DNA of 64,000 nt from Syntrophales bacterium (GTDB lineage: Bacteria; Desulfobacterota; Syntrophia; Syntrophales; PHBD01): NCBI GenBank assembly GCA_963668175.1, contig OY764159.1, positions 512,001-576,000 of the forward strand, given 5' to 3'. Under the pieces are notes generated by a model. The model saw only the letters and a program-made list of their open reading frames with translations. It searched no databases and was not told the origin of the DNA. Positions 50,708 to 62,044 of the stretch are shown in pieces; the stretch's first letter is position 1; each line of letters opens with the position of its first letter. A program made the translations under genes and the position numbers.

Positions 50708-51559
50708 TCAGACCTTTAACAGCGATGTGATTAAGCGGTTCAATTCGTCCAAGGACGAAAATTTGATGACGATGTTGCCACGCTTTGCGTTCTTGCTGAT
50801 TCTCACGGATGTCATAAGTTTTGACGAAAGTCTCTTTTCCAAATCCGTCATGACAACGTCGTTCTTTGACTTCTTGCTAACAGGGGCTGGCAGTTTGATT
50901 TTTTTTGCAAGTTCTTCCGCCTGACGGACATTCAGATTTTGTGCAACTATTTTATGCAGAAGAAGAACCTGCTCTTTATTCGCACCTAGAGCGAGCAATG
51001 CCCGGGCATGGCCCGCCGATATTTTCTTGTCGACCAGGGCGGTTTTGGCCTCCGGCGGCAATTTCAGCAAACGAAGCGTATTTGTAACGGTTGTCCGGTC
51101 CTTTCCGACCTTGGCGGCTATCTCTTCCTGGGCAAATCCGAATTTATCGATTAATGTTTGATAGGCTTCCCCTTCCTCAATGGGATTGAGATCCTGCCGC
51201 TGTATATTTTCGATGAGGGACCACTCGGCGATATCTAAATCCTTGGCCTCCCGGATAATCACCGGAACGTCCCTCAACCCTGCCTCCTGCGCTGCACGCC
51301 ATCGCCTTTCACCCGTGATGATTTCATAACCGCCGGCTTCCGCTCTCCTCACCACAATAGGCTGGATAATGCCGCTTTTCCTGATGGAATCCGCCAGGCT
51401 TTTCAGCTCCTCGGCGTCGAAATCCTTCCGGGGCTGGAATCTGTTGGGCGACAACTCTTCGACACCGCAGGTGACGTAAGTCTTACCCTCCGGCGCGCCG
51501 CTCAGGAGGTCCGGGAAAATGGCCCCCAGGCCCTTGCCAAGAGATTGTTTAGGCGGCAT
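50708..51559 (-). CDS. parB: Chromosome partition protein ParB
   Basis: LGKGLGA, QPRKDF, GERRWRA, ENIQRQDL. Confidence 0.96.
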   Translation of the reverse strand: MPPKQSLGKGLGAIFPDLLSGAPEGKTYVTCGVEELSPNRFQPRKDFDAEELKSLADSIRKSGIIQPIVVRRAEAGGYEIITGERRWRAAQEAGLRDVPVIIREAKDLDIAEWSLIENIQRQDLNPIEEGEAYQTLIDKFGFAQEEIAAKVGKDRTTVTNTLRLLKLPPEAKTALVDKKISAGHARALLALGANKEQVLLLHKIVAQNLNVRQAEELAKKIKLPAPVSKKSKNDVVMTDLEKRLSSKLMTSVRISKNAKRGNIVIKFSSLDELNRLITSLLKV

Positions 51560-51561
51560 CC

Positions 51562-52335
51562 TTATAGACCTCCGTTATGGCTGATGATTTCCTGGGCCAG
51601 TTCCAGGTAGGAGACGGCGCCCCGGGATTTGATATCGTAGAGAATAATGGGAAGGCCATGGCTGGGGCTTTCCGATAGCCTGACGTTCCTGGGAATGACG
51701 GTTTGAAACACTTTCTTGTTGAAATGTTTGCGAACTTCCTCGCTTACCTGATGGCAAAGGAGGTTCCTCGTATCAAACATGGTGAGTAAAATCCCCCCCA
51801 GTGTCAGGGATGGGTTGAGTTTGGACTGAATAAGCCTGATCGTATTCAAAAGATGCCCGAGACCCTCCAGGGCAAAATATTCACACTGCATGGGGACAAT
51901 GACGTAATCGGCCGCCACCAGGGCGTTTAGTGTAAGAAACCCCAGGGACGGCGGGCAGTCGATGATGATATAATCATAGACAATCTCGAGGTCCTGAAGG
52001 AGGAAACGAAGTCTTTTTTCACGCTCTTCCAGGTTGACGAATTCGATCTCGATGCCGATCAGATTCTGATCCGCCGGCACCACGTCGAGATGAGGTATCT
52101 GCGTCTTCATAATGGCGTCGGCCAGAGGCATGCGGTCCGTGAAACTGAGATAAAGGTTCCTATCCTTGATGGCCGTGCGATCAATGCCGATACCGCTGCT
52201 GGCGTTGCCCTGCGCATCGCAGTCGATCAGGAGGGTCTTCTTCTCGGCTGCCGCCAGAGAGGCCGACAGATTAATGGCCGTCGTCGTTTTGCCGACCCCG
52301 CCTTTCTGGTTTGCTATGCAGAAGATTTTTCTCAT
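51562..52335 (-). CDS. parA: Chromosome partition ATPase ParA/Soj
   Basis: NQKGGVGKTT, DCPPSLG, IPRNVRLSESPSHG. Confidence 0.96.
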   Translation of the reverse strand: MRKIFCIANQKGGVGKTTTAINLSASLAAAEKKTLLIDCDAQGNASSGIGIDRTAIKDRNLYLSFTDRMPLADAIMKTQIPHLDVVPADQNLIGIEIEFVNLEEREKRLRFLLQDLEIVYDYIIIDCPPSLGFLTLNALVAADYVIVPMQCEYFALEGLGHLLNTIRLIQSKLNPSLTLGGILLTMFDTRNLLCHQVSEEVRKHFNKKVFQTVIPRNVRLSESPSHGLPIILYDIKSRGAVSYLELAQEIISHNGGL

Positions 52336-52439
52336 GATTTCCTTAAGATGCCCTCTATTGATACCTACGATGCGAGTGGGCAAAACTAACACAAAATCAT
52401 TTTTTTTTGAAGGGTTATTTTTTAGAACAACAGTCTGAT

Positions 52440-53132
52440 TTAACTCTGTTTTTTATAAATTAGAATTTTTCGGGGATCCCCCGTAACGGGGAGAGAAAAA
52501 TCGTGACTCGCGAGACGGACCAGTGTAGCTGAAACCCTTGCCGGTTCCGCATCGGCCAATTCATCATGGACGTCCGGACCCTTCATGGCGATGAGCAGAC
52601 CCTGATCGGCGAGAAAATAACCCGCATAGATCATCAGCTCCGATAATTTAAAAACGGCCCTTGAAATAACGACATCGAAGTAGTGCTCGTAAGCCATCGT
52701 CTTCAGACATGACTCCGCCCTGCGGTTTAAGACATCAATATTCTTCAGATGCAGTGTCCGCACAACGTGTTTCAGGAAAGACGATCTCTTGCGGGATGCC
52801 TCCAGCAACGTCACCTGTAAAGACGGTGAAGCGATCTTCAAGGGGATTCCTGGAAAACCTCCGCCCGATCCTATATCCAGCAGGCGGGCCGAAGGATTGG
52901 GCAGGAATCGTAACGGGACGAGAGAGTCGATGACATGCTTAATCAGGATATCCTGGGAGGATTTCATGGACACCAGGTTGATTTTTTCATTCCATATGCT
53001 TATGGTGTCAAGATAGGACAAGAAAAGAACGATTTGATCCGGTTCCAACTTGGCCCCGACGGCGGCAGCCGCTGCGGCGATCTGTGAGGATATTGGTGAA
53101 TGTGCTGCTGGAATATCGGATAAATCGTTCAC
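52440..53132 (-). CDS. rsmG: 16S rRNA m7G527 methyltransferase
   Basis: WNEKINL, HVIDSL, DIGSGGGFPG, SRAV. Confidence 0.93.
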   Translation of the reverse strand: MNDLSDIPAAHSPISSQIAAAAAAVGAKLEPDQIVLFLSYLDTISIWNEKINLVSMKSSQDILIKHVIDSLVPLRFLPNPSARLLDIGSGGGFPGIPLKIASPSLQVTLLEASRKRSSFLKHVVRTLHLKNIDVLNRRAESCLKTMAYEHYFDVVISRAVFKLSELMIYAGYFLADQGLLIAMKGPDVHDELADAEPARVSATLVRLASHDFSLPVTGDPRKILIYKKQS

Positions 53133-53161
53133 GTTTCTTAAATTCCTTTAAAGGAGCGGAT

Positions 53162-53929
53162 GTGCATCACAAGGTTAATGTAAATAACGTTACGGTCGTT
53201 TTGAGCAAACCGAAATATTCCGGCAATGTCGGTTCCGTTGCGCGTTGCGCCAAAAATATGGGCGTCGAAAGAATCATGGTTGTCAACGGCCAAAACCTCC
53301 TCGAACAGGACATACTGCAGATGTCCACCCATTGTGCAGCCGATGTCGTATCGCAAATACAATACTTCGGGAACCTGGGCGACGCCCTGGCCCCGTTCCA
53401 TTACATCGTGGGCACTACGTCCCGCAAGGGTTCGGCACGGGGTCCAGTCATCTCGCCCCGCGAACTGGCTGAACAACTGGTCCAGCTCTCGCATGAAAAC
53501 GAGATCGCCCTGCTGTTCGGGTCGGAAGACAAGGGGCTGGCGAACGAAGAACTGCGTTATTGTAACGCCATCGTGACCATCCCCACGGCAGGCGATTTCA
53601 AGTCCATCAACCTCTCCCACGCCGTCATGATTTTATGTTACGAAATTCTGACGGCCCGGCTGGACAAGACGGCAGCTTTCGTGCCCAGAATGGCCACCTC
53701 CGGAGAGGTCGAAGGGATGTACGCCCACCTGAAAGCGATACTCACCAGGATCGGCTTCCTCAATCCGGAAAATCCCGACTATTGGATGATGCATATTCGC
53801 CGTTTCCTGTCAAGAACCAAGCTTTATTCCCGGGATGTGAAGATCGTCAGGGGGATATGCCGTCAAATCGACTGGTCGATTGATAACTGTGGAGCCGGGT
53901 CCGATCAGGCAAAACCCCGGGAGTTCTAG
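53162..53929 (+). CDS. trmJ: TrmJ/LasT-family SPOUT RNA methyltransferase
   Basis: GNVGSVARCAKNMG, FGSEDKGL, SINLSHAV; GTG start after AGGAG. Confidence 0.85.
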   Translation: MHHKVNVNNVTVVLSKPKYSGNVGSVARCAKNMGVERIMVVNGQNLLEQDILQMSTHCAADVVSQIQYFGNLGDALAPFHYIVGTTSRKGSARGPVISPRELAEQLVQLSHENEIALLFGSEDKGLANEELRYCNAIVTIPTAGDFKSINLSHAVMILCYEILTARLDKTAAFVPRMATSGEVEGMYAHLKAILTRIGFLNPENPDYWMMHIRRFLSRTKLYSRDVKIVRGICRQIDWSIDNCGAGSDQAKPREF

Positions 53930-54017
53930 GTTGCGCCATAAATAGTGATGGCAATTTGGCATAAAACAGTGTATTCCTTTTATGTTTATCATTTTACGAC
54001 GCACGCGGAGGGCGGCA

Positions 54018-55313
54018 ATGAAGAAAGTCTTTCAAAATCCCTGGTTCGTTCGGATCGTCGTTCTAGCGGTCTTAATCCTGCCCAGTCCTTTTCGGGGGAG
54101 CCAGGTTTACGCCTTGGACCGCAGCACCTATCAGAGCCTGAAATCATTCAATGAAATACTGGATATTATAGACAAGCAGTATGTGGAAACGGTCGAAAAG
54201 AAAGCCCTGATCCAGGGGGCCATCAACGGCATGATGAAAACCCTCGATCCCCACAGCGCGTACATGACCGCGGACATGTACAAGGAGCTCGATGTCGAGA
54301 CCAAGGGCAGTTTCGGCGGGATAGGCATTGAGATTACCGTAAAGAAGGATATCCTGACCGTCGTTTCTCCCATCGAAGATACGCCGGCCTTTAACGCCGG
54401 AATCAAGGCGGGAGACCAGATCGTCCGTATCGACGGGAAATCCACCAAGGACATTACCATTATCGAGGCCGTCAATAAACTCCGCGGTCCCAAGGATACC
54501 AAGGTCACTTTGACGATCATGCGCGAAAACGTTGCTAAGCCTTTCGATGTCGTGCTGACGCGCGCCATCATTAAAATCAAAAGCGTTCGTGCGAGAATGC
54601 TGAACGGAAATATCGGCTACATCCGCATGACGACATTCGCGGAAAGGGCCGGGGAAGACGTTAAGGGGGCTGTGCGGGATCTCGGCAAGACGGCGCCGCT
54701 CCAGGGCCTCGTGTTGGATTTGCGCAACAATCCGGGAGGTCTTTTGAATCAGGCCGTCGAGGTGTCCGATATTTTCCTGAAGTCCGGGGTTATCGTTTCC
54801 ACCCGCGGCCGGGTTAAAATGATGGAAAGCAAATCCATTGCCAAGGATGACGGTGATGAACCGACGTGTCCCATGATTATTCTCGTCAATGAAGGGACGG
54901 CAAGTGCATCGGAAATTGTGGCCGGCGCCCTCCAGGATAACGGCCGCGCCTTGATCCTGGGCACACAGACATTCGGCAAGGGATCCGTTCAGACGGTCAT
55001 ACCGCTGGATGACGGGTCGGCCTTGAAGTTGACGACGGCGAAATTCTATACTCCCAATGGCCGTTCCATTCAGGCCGACGGTATCCTTCCCGACGTCCTG
55101 ATCAAGGTCGACAGGACACCTGGCGAGAAAGAGGTCCCTGAAGATGCGGTAAGGGAAAAAGACCTGAAAGGGCATATCAAATCGCCCAAGGAACGCGAAG
55201 GGAGACCGGAAGATACTCCTCACAAGGAACTGGGTGAGATCAGTCAGGACAGTCAGCTGAAGGCGGCCGTAGACATCTTAAAGAGCTGGGAGATCTTCAG
55301 GAAAAGCAGATAA
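54018..55313 (+). CDS. ctpA: Carboxyl-terminal protease (S41)
   Basis: LDPHS, PDZ, DLRNNPGG, ASASEI, TFGKGSVQ. Confidence 0.92.
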   Translation: MKKVFQNPWFVRIVVLAVLILPSPFRGSQVYALDRSTYQSLKSFNEILDIIDKQYVETVEKKALIQGAINGMMKTLDPHSAYMTADMYKELDVETKGSFGGIGIEITVKKDILTVVSPIEDTPAFNAGIKAGDQIVRIDGKSTKDITIIEAVNKLRGPKDTKVTLTIMRENVAKPFDVVLTRAIIKIKSVRARMLNGNIGYIRMTTFAERAGEDVKGAVRDLGKTAPLQGLVLDLRNNPGGLLNQAVEVSDIFLKSGVIVSTRGRVKMMESKSIAKDDGDEPTCPMIILVNEGTASASEIVAGALQDNGRALILGTQTFGKGSVQTVIPLDDGSALKLTTAKFYTPNGRSIQADGILPDVLIKVDRTPGEKEVPEDAVREKDLKGHIKSPKEREGRPEDTPHKELGEISQDSQLKAAVDILKSWEIFRKSR

Positions 55314-55318
55314 ATTTT

Positions 55319-56311
55319 ATGGGACGACGGGGAGGAAAATCGGGAAAGCGGCGCAACATTTACGCTGTACTCATCGCGGTTGTTGCGATGATTGCCATTG
55401 CAGTTATTGCCTATGTGATCCACACGGAGCGCCGTTCCGGAACCGAGCGTCCCGTGCCGGCCGAGAAAGGCAGGCCGCTGTCCAGACAGCCCGAGATACC
55501 TCCACAACCTGCCCCCGAGCAAAAGAAGGTCGTCCAGGAACCAGAAGGGACGGAAGAGAAGCCGCCTAAGGAAAAAGAGAAACGTCCGGACGTCAAGAAA
55601 GTGGCCATCATCATCGACGACATCGGTTACGATCTTGCGCCCGTCAGGGAATTGGTCCAAATCGAGGCCCCAGTAACCTTCGCCGTCTTCCCGTTCGGGC
55701 CGCATTCCGTCGAGGCGGCCAAGACCCTGCACAGACACGGAAAACAAATCCTGTTGCATTTGCCCATGGAGCCCCGCCTGTATCCGAAAATCAAAGTGGA
55801 CAAAGGCGCTCTCCTTACGGCGATGGACCGTGAGCAAGTGCGGAGTCAGCTTGACGCAGACCTTAAGGCCGTGCCCCATATCGCAGGGGTTAACAACCAT
55901 ATGGGGTCCCGTTTCATGGAGGATCCGGAAAAACTGTCCGTTGTCATGCAGGAGATTAAAAACAAGGGCCTCTTTTTTATCGACAGCCGGACGACGCCTC
56001 TCTCCAGAGGACGGCAAGTGGCCGCCTCGGTCGGTGTCCCTTTTGCGGCGAGAAAAATCTTTCTCGATAACGATAAGAGTTACCATGAAACCCGAAAAAG
56101 TCTTATGATGATTATCCAGCAGAAAAAGAACGGGGATTTGAACGATGTCATCCTGATCGGTCACCCCCGCAGCAGCACGATTGAAGCCCTCAAAAGTGTC
56201 CTGCCTTTGTTTAAGGAACAAGGTATTGAAGTCGTTTCCGCTTCCGGGATGGTCCGGCAAGTGCAGGAACGTAATATAAGCCGCAGGTCGTCCTCACATG
56301 CCGCCGATTAA
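55319..56311 (+). CDS. Divergent polysaccharide deacetylase
   Basis: IIIDDIG, HLPMEP, NNHMGS, DSRT, IGHP. Confidence 0.9.
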   Translation: MGRRGGKSGKRRNIYAVLIAVVAMIAIAVIAYVIHTERRSGTERPVPAEKGRPLSRQPEIPPQPAPEQKKVVQEPEGTEEKPPKEKEKRPDVKKVAIIIDDIGYDLAPVRELVQIEAPVTFAVFPFGPHSVEAAKTLHRHGKQILLHLPMEPRLYPKIKVDKGALLTAMDREQVRSQLDADLKAVPHIAGVNNHMGSRFMEDPEKLSVVMQEIKNKGLFFIDSRTTPLSRGRQVAASVGVPFAARKIFLDNDKSYHETRKSLMMIIQQKKNGDLNDVILIGHPRSSTIEALKSVLPLFKEQGIEVVSASGMVRQVQERNISRRSSSHAAD

Positions 56312-58010
56312 AATCCGTTTGAGCGCAGTTCTGGTTGCCAGTTGCCTCTTGCTTACGGCAGGATGCGTATCGTTGCGCACTCAGGATGCCGCCCTTTGGG
56401 ATGATCGTCATTCCGATTCGAGCAATGCGGCGTTCCACTATTCATTGGGTGTGCTCAACAGTGTGAACGACAATGCCGACGAGGCTATGGCCGAGTTCGA
56501 AAAGGCTTTAAGTTTCGACCCCCAATCCGCTTTTCTGGCGACGGAACTGGCCGGTCTCTATGTCGAGAACGGCCACAACAATAAAGCCCTGTCGGTCCTC
56601 AAAACAGGCCTGGCCTACAATCCCCAGGATCTGGACATCCACCTCCTCCTGGGGCGGGTTTATGTCCATCTCAAAGATTATAAGAATGCCATCAAGGAGC
56701 ACAAATGGGTTATCCGGAAGGACCCCAAAAACCTTACGGCCTATCTTTATCTGGCAAGTCTCTATGGAGAAACGAAGAAATACGACATGGCCTTGGAAGT
56801 CGTCGACAAGCTTGTCGAGTTGGACCCGGATCATTTGCTGGGCAACTATTACCGGGCCAAGATCTTAAGCGAAACGGGTCGCTACGAGGACGCTGAAAAA
56901 GCCCTGAAAAAGACGCTGATCCTAAGGCCGGGATTTGAATCGGCTTTGATTGATCTCGTGGTCCTTTACGAAAAGCAGAAAAAGTTCGATAAGGCGATTG
57001 AAACATATCGGAGCTTCATCGCGTTTTATCCTGTCCGCATCAATATCCGCGCAAAACTGGCCGACTTGCTGATTCGCGAGCAGAAATTCGATGAGGCGGA
57101 AGTTGTTCTTAAAGAAGCCCTGAGCCTCGACAGCCGCAATAAGGATATCCGCATTACGTTGGCTATCCTGTATATGGATCGCAAGAAGTATCAGGAAGCG
57201 ATGGCCGTGTTCAGCGCCCTGCTCCAGGAGGACCCCGCGGATCATCGAGCCCGCTTCTTGCTGGCATCCGTGTACGAGGAAATGAAGGATAACGACCGGG
57301 CGCTGGCCGAATTCGGACGCATTCCCGAAAGCTCTGAACTTTACGGCAATGCCAGGATTCACATGGGCGTCCTCTTGAAAAAAGAAGGAAAAGTGGATCA
57401 GGCTATTGAACATTTAAAAAGCGCCTTGGAGCAGAAACCAGACCAGGCGAGCCTGTACGTCTTTATGTCTTCTCTTTACGAGGACAAGAACAACGTTGCA
57501 GAAGCGGAAGCGGTTTTAAAGAAAGGACGCTCCCGGCTGCCCGAGAACACGGATATACTTTACAGCCTCGGCGTCCTTTATGAAAAAACGAACCGATTCG
57601 AAGAAAGCATCGTCCTGATGGAATCCATTCTGAAAATAGATGCCAACTATGCCGATGCCCTCAATTTTATCGGTTACAGCTATGCCGACAGGGGCATGCA
57701 TCTTGAAAAAGCGGAACAGATGATCATCAAGGCCCTCAAAATAAAACCCGGAAACGGATACATCATCGACAGCCTGGGTTGGGTTTATTTCAAGATGAAC
57801 AAAATCGACAAAGCCATCAAATACTTGAAAGAGGCTTTGGAGTTGCAGCCCGAGGACGCATCCATTGCGGAACATTTGGGCGATGTTTATGCGAAAGCAG
57901 GCCGGATCAAAGAGGCGCTGGATGTGTATCGGCGTGCCTTAAAGATAAACCCTGGCAACGGTGTCTTACAGAAGAAAATCAACGAATTGACGAAGGTGAA
58001 AAATTCTTAG
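56298..58010 (+). CDS. TPR lipoprotein
   Basis: Lipobox TAGC; many TPRs; LNFIGYSYA, DSLGWVYF, EHLGD. Confidence 0.88.
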   Translation: MPPIKIRLSAVLVASCLLLTAGCVSLRTQDAALWDDRHSDSSNAAFHYSLGVLNSVNDNADEAMAEFEKALSFDPQSAFLATELAGLYVENGHNNKALSVLKTGLAYNPQDLDIHLLLGRVYVHLKDYKNAIKEHKWVIRKDPKNLTAYLYLASLYGETKKYDMALEVVDKLVELDPDHLLGNYYRAKILSETGRYEDAEKALKKTLILRPGFESALIDLVVLYEKQKKFDKAIETYRSFIAFYPVRINIRAKLADLLIREQKFDEAEVVLKEALSLDSRNKDIRITLAILYMDRKKYQEAMAVFSALLQEDPADHRARFLLASVYEEMKDNDRALAEFGRIPESSELYGNARIHMGVLLKKEGKVDQAIEHLKSALEQKPDQASLYVFMSSLYEDKNNVAEAEAVLKKGRSRLPENTDILYSLGVLYEKTNRFEESIVLMESILKIDANYADALNFIGYSYADRGMHLEKAEQMIIKALKIKPGNGYIIDSLGWVYFKMNKIDKAIKYLKEALELQPEDASIAEHLGDVYAKAGRIKEALDVYRRALKINPGNGVLQKKINELTKVKNS

Positions 58011-58156
58011 TCGATCCCTGCCACAGGGAACTCGTTTTCCGGTTACGCGACGCCCTTCCTCATATAGCTGCGGCATATGGCTTCGTGACCGGCGGAGAAA
58101 CCGCTGTGCGCCCGGGTTTCAAGCGAGTAAGGTGCATGATTTAAGAAAGATATCCC

Positions 58157-58981
58157 ATGAAATGGACGTTCACGCTTGCACTTGCGAGAAAGTGCTGGAT
58201 TTCCGCGGTCATTATGCTGTGCATCGGGTGCGGGACGATGACAGTCAAAAACGGCGGTAACGTCAACGATTTGCATTCGCCTGAGGCCGCATGGCAAGCC
58301 GTTGCTCAACAGGACATGGACGCAAAGACCCTCAAAGCCATTGTCCGCATCAGGGTAAGCGAAGACGGTCGTCAGCAGTTCTCTTTGAAAGGGGCGGTGA
58401 TGGCCAGAAAACCGCAGTATTTGCGATTTGAGGATCTCCCTTTAATCGGTCTCCCGGACTTCTTCCTGACGATCAACGATGAAAAGATCAAGGTGTTTAT
58501 ACCTGACCGGGCTTCGTTTTACATCGGAGAAGCATCCCGGGAGAACCTGGCTGCCTTTTTCCCCCTGCCGCTGGCCCCGGAAGCAGTTGTTGCCCTGCTC
58601 ATGGGAACTTACCCCCAAACGGTGAAAACAGCATTCTTCAATATGCAAGGCAGGCGTGAGGATAACAACTACCGCCTGGACCTGTTGCACAACGACCGTA
58701 TCCGCCATTCCTTTTTAATCGCACCTGATGACCATCGTCTCGTCCGCTACGAGTCGTTCAACGAGTCGGGAGTGCTGCAATATCGGGCAATATACGATCA
58801 ATTCACCCGGGAACAGGGCTTTTCCGTGCCTGCGGAAATTACCTTAACGACGGGAGGCCGTGATTCCAAAGAGGTGATTATCAAGTTGTCGGATATCCAG
58901 CTGGTTCAGGACGGCGACCTTGCACCTTATGATCTTTCAACGCCGCCGGATGCCCGCATTATTCCGCTGAACGGTCGTTGA
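58157..58981 (+). CDS. Lipoprotein, LolA/LolB-like fold (tentative)
   Basis: Lipobox CIGC; beta-rich; follows the TPR lipoprotein. Confidence 0.6.
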   Translation: MKWTFTLALARKCWISAVIMLCIGCGTMTVKNGGNVNDLHSPEAAWQAVAQQDMDAKTLKAIVRIRVSEDGRQQFSLKGAVMARKPQYLRFEDLPLIGLPDFFLTINDEKIKVFIPDRASFYIGEASRENLAAFFPLPLAPEAVVALLMGTYPQTVKTAFFNMQGRREDNNYRLDLLHNDRIRHSFLIAPDDHRLVRYESFNESGVLQYRAIYDQFTREQGFSVPAEITLTTGGRDSKEVIIKLSDIQLVQDGDLAPYDLSTPPDARIIPLNGR

Positions 58982-59003
58982 TAACATACATGCCTTAAAA
59001 ATA

Positions 59004-59035
59004 AAAACCCTGAGAGGAATTCCCCTCAGGGTTTT
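59004..59035. terminator. Bidirectional terminator
   Basis: AAAACCCTGAG-N10-CTCAGGGTTTT between convergent genes. Confidence 0.8.
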
Positions 59036-59068
59036 GTAGTTTCTTGACGATAAAGGGCGGCGGGTCCC

Positions 59069-59908
59069 CTACTTCAGATCGCCGAGCTTTTGCCGCGCAA
59101 TGCGGGCCTGGTTCGTGTTGGGATAATCCTTGATTACCTGTTGCAGAATCAGCCTAGCGCTGGATTTATCCCCCAATTTTTGAAAAGAGAGCCCTTGTTT
59201 TAATAGAGCACTTGATACTTTATTGCCTTCCGGATAGTTCTTGACGACTTTCTCATATTCGATGATGGCTTTTTCGAATTTATTTTCAAAGTAATAGCAC
59301 TCACCGATCCAGAACTGAGCGTTGCCCGCCTGCTCTGCATCGGGATACTGCTTCAGGAAACTTTGAAAATCGGATCTCGATTTTGCATACTTGCCGTCTT
59401 TGAAAGCGGCATAAGCCGCCTCATAGGCGGCCTCCTTGTCCGACTTTCCCCGGGCAGCAGGTTTGTTGGGCACCATTCCTGTTTTGTTGTTCTTATCGTC
59501 CGAGACTTCCTTGCCGATGCCAAGATAATTCTCCAAGAAAGTTACCTTGAAGGCAAGACTTTCCAACTTGTCTTTGACTTCCTTAAGTGCTGCAGAGTCG
59601 TCCTTTTTCAGAATATCGATCTGGCCTCTCAGCTGTTGAATGCTGTCCTTCAGTTCCGTGATGTCCGTACCGGAATCGGCCTGGTTCTTCTGGATGGCGC
59701 TGATGGCCTCTCTGTTCTTTGCCAGAGAAGAGGTACTATCAGCCTTCAGGCTTTGCATGGTTTGTTCCTGGGCCTTCGTCTTCTCTTCCAGGGTATAGAT
59801 CTTCTGGTCCAACTCCGAGCGCATGCGCCTCAAGTCCTGAGGCGTGGCGCACCCTCCGATCAGAACAGCGACGATCGTCACACTAAGGAACGCATAAAAG
59901 GATTTCAA
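59069..59908 (-). CDS. cpoB: Tol-Pal protein CpoB/YbgF
   Basis: Lipobox, coiled coil, NAQFWIGECYY, ALLKQG; downstream of pal. Confidence 0.88.
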   Translation of the reverse strand: MKSFYAFLSVTIVAVLIGGCATPQDLRRMRSELDQKIYTLEEKTKAQEQTMQSLKADSTSSLAKNREAISAIQKNQADSGTDITELKDSIQQLRGQIDILKKDDSAALKEVKDKLESLAFKVTFLENYLGIGKEVSDDKNNKTGMVPNKPAARGKSDKEAAYEAAYAAFKDGKYAKSRSDFQSFLKQYPDAEQAGNAQFWIGECYYFENKFEKAIIEYEKVVKNYPEGNKVSSALLKQGLSFQKLGDKSSARLILQQVIKDYPNTNQARIARQKLGDLK

Positions 59909-59932
59909 CTCCTCTTCTCCCTGCTTCAGCTA

Positions 59933-60466
59933 TTATTGAATGGCAAACTCGTCTCTTCTATTTTTGGCCCAGGCTTCTTCATTATGACCGGGGTCCAGCG
60001 GTTTCTCTTTGCCATAGCTAACCGTTTTAATGCGATTTTTTGCAACACCCAGGTTGGTGAGGTATTTGGCCGCGGCATCGGCTCGTCTTTGACCCAAGGC
60101 CAAGTTGTATTCCGCAGTGCCCCGTTCGTCACAGTTGCCCGCGATCGTGATGTTGACGGCATTGTTGGCCTTCAGCCAGTCGGCATGTTTCTTCAATGTG
60201 TCCTTGCTGTTGTCCTTAAGAAGCGCTTTGTCGAAATCAAAATATATGTTTGCAAATTCATAGGCTTCCGGAGCGGCCTGGGCCTGGGGGGCCTGTTCCT
60301 GCTCCACCTTCGGTGCCGGTTTGGCTTCCGGAGCGGCCTGGGCTGCCACTTTCTGCTCGCCTGCGGCCTCATCCTTGACGGCGGCTTTCTGACTGCATCC
60401 TACAAAGGCGACAAGAGTCAAACAAAAAAACAAGGTCATTATTTTAACTAAAAAGTGTTTCATCAT
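59933..60466 (-). CDS. pal: Peptidoglycan-associated lipoprotein
   Basis: IYFDFD, GNCDERGTAEYNLALGQRRA, SYGKEKP, NRR. Confidence 0.95.
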   Translation of the reverse strand: MMKHFLVKIMTLFFCLTLVAFVGCSQKAAVKDEAAGEQKVAAQAAPEAKPAPKVEQEQAPQAQAAPEAYEFANIYFDFDKALLKDNSKDTLKKHADWLKANNAVNITIAGNCDERGTAEYNLALGQRRADAAAKYLTNLGVAKNRIKTVSYGKEKPLDPGHNEEAWAKNRRDEFAIQ

Positions 60467-60631
60467 GCCTTCTCCTTTCTTTGGGCGGTGAATTGATGTA
60501 TCACTTGATGCACTTGACAAGTACACTAACCACAATATGGCGGACAGGTCAACAGAATAATCGCCATGAGTTCTCGAATCTTCCGGCGGTCGCCCTTGTT
60601 ATACAACCCATGGCGATGCTGTCTTGGGCAT

Positions 60632-62044
60632 TCATTTGCTTTGAGCGGCGTATGCAATAGCTCTTTCGATTCGCTTGGCAACCCGGTCCTTACCCAGGGT
60701 GATCATGATTTCATCGAGACCGGGACTGACTGTTTTCCCCGTTAGTGCAACGCGCAAAGGCTGGGCGATCACCTTGAGTTTGATGTCTCTCTGTTCGCTG
60801 ATCTGTTTCAAGAAACGTTCTATACCCTCCCGGGAATAATCATCGAGGGCGGCCAATTGGTTCACGATGGCTTCAAGATGGCCGGCATTGTCTGCGGTCA
60901 GGAATTTCTCGGCCGCTTCCGTCTGGTAAGGGAAGTCGTCGGCGAAGTAGAACAGACCGGCGTCGGCAAGTTCTGCGAGGGTTTTGACCCTTGTTTTGAG
61001 GTCGTTGACCACTTGCTCCAAGAAATGTGTATCCTCCACGGCGATGTTCATCTTCTTCCAGAAGGGGATCATTTCCTGTCCGAGCCGGTCGCCGGGCCGG
61101 TCTTTTAAATAGTGCTGATTGAGCCACAAAAGCTTGTCGGGATTGAAAACCGCTGCGGATTTGCCGATTGCATCGAGCGAAAAAAGCGAGATCAGCTCTT
61201 CCAGCGTGAAGATTTCCTGGTCGCCGTGCGACCACCCGAGCCTGACAAGGTAGTTCACCAAAGCCTCCGGGAGATACCCCATATCCTTGTAAGCCATCAC
61301 GGAGGTGGCGCCGTGGCGCTTGCTGAGCCGCGCCTTGTCGGCTCCCAGAATCATCGGCACATGGCCGAATTGCGGGACATCGTATTTCAGGGCTTGATAA
61401 AGCAAGATCTGTCTCGGTGTGTTGTTCACATGGTCGTCGCCGCGGATGACATGGGTGATGCCCATCTCGGCGTCGTCAACGACGACGGCAAAATTGTACG
61501 TGGGGTAACCGTCGCTCCGTTCGATGATCAAGTCATCCAACTCTTCGTTGTTAAAGGTAATATTGCCCTTGATGAGATCGCGTACGACGGTTGTTCCGAC
61601 ATCGGGGCAGCGGAATCTGACGACGGCATTGGGAGACCGGGGCAGGTCCTTGTCGCGGCAGGTTCCGTCATACTTCGGCTTGCGTCCTTCGGCCAGGGCT
61701 TTTTTGCGTTTTGCTTCCAGTTCTTCCGGGGTGCAGATGCACCGGTAGGCCTTGCCTTCATCGAGAAGCTGCTGAATTTTCTGTCGGTGCAGATCGACGC
61801 GCTGTGCCTGGAATATGGGACCCTCGTCCCAGTCCAGTCCCAGCCATTCCATGGCATCGAGAATTGCCTTGGTCGACTCCTCCGTGGAACGCAGCTGGTC
61901 CGTATCCTCTACTCTTAAAACAAAAGTTCCTCGGTTGTGCCTGGTGAACAACCAGTTGAATAACGCCGTTCTCGCCCCGCCGATATGGAGAAAACCCGTC
62001 GGGGAAGGGGCAAAGCGCGTTCTGACGTTTGATTTGTCTGACAT
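60632..62044 (-). CDS. gltX: Glutamate-tRNA ligase
   Basis: [22 protein letters not shown]. Confidence 0.96.
   Translation of the reverse strand: MSDKSNVRTRFAPSPTGFLHIGGARTALFNWLFTRHNRGTFVLRVEDTDQLRSTEESTKAILDAMEWLGLDWDEGPIFQAQRVDLHRQKIQQLLDEGKAYRCICTPEELEAKRKKALAEGRKPKYDGTCRDKDLPRSPNAVVRFRCPDVGTTVVRDLIKGNITFNNEELDDLIIERSDGYPTYNFAVVVDDAEMGITHVIRGDDHVNNTPRQILLYQALKYDVPQFGHVPMILGADKARLSKRHGATSVMAYKDMGYLPEALVNYLVRLGWSHGDQEIFTLEELISLFSLDAIGKSAAVFNPDKLLWLNQHYLKDRPGDRLGQEMIPFWKKMNIAVEDTHFLEQVVNDLKTRVKTLAELADAGLFYFADDFPYQTEAAEKFLTADNAGHLEAIVNQLAALDDYSREGIERFLKQISEQRDIKLKVIAQPLRVALTGKTVSPGLDEIMITLGKDRVAKRIERAIAYAAQSK

Noticed and set aside
60263..60343. 21-bp direct repeat spaced 60 bp apart
   Set aside because: In-frame AQAAPEA duplication in the Pal linker; not CRISPR or mobile
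54144..60451. Long antisense ORFs over ctpA, the deacetylase and cpoB-pal
   Set aside because: Shadows of well-supported genes
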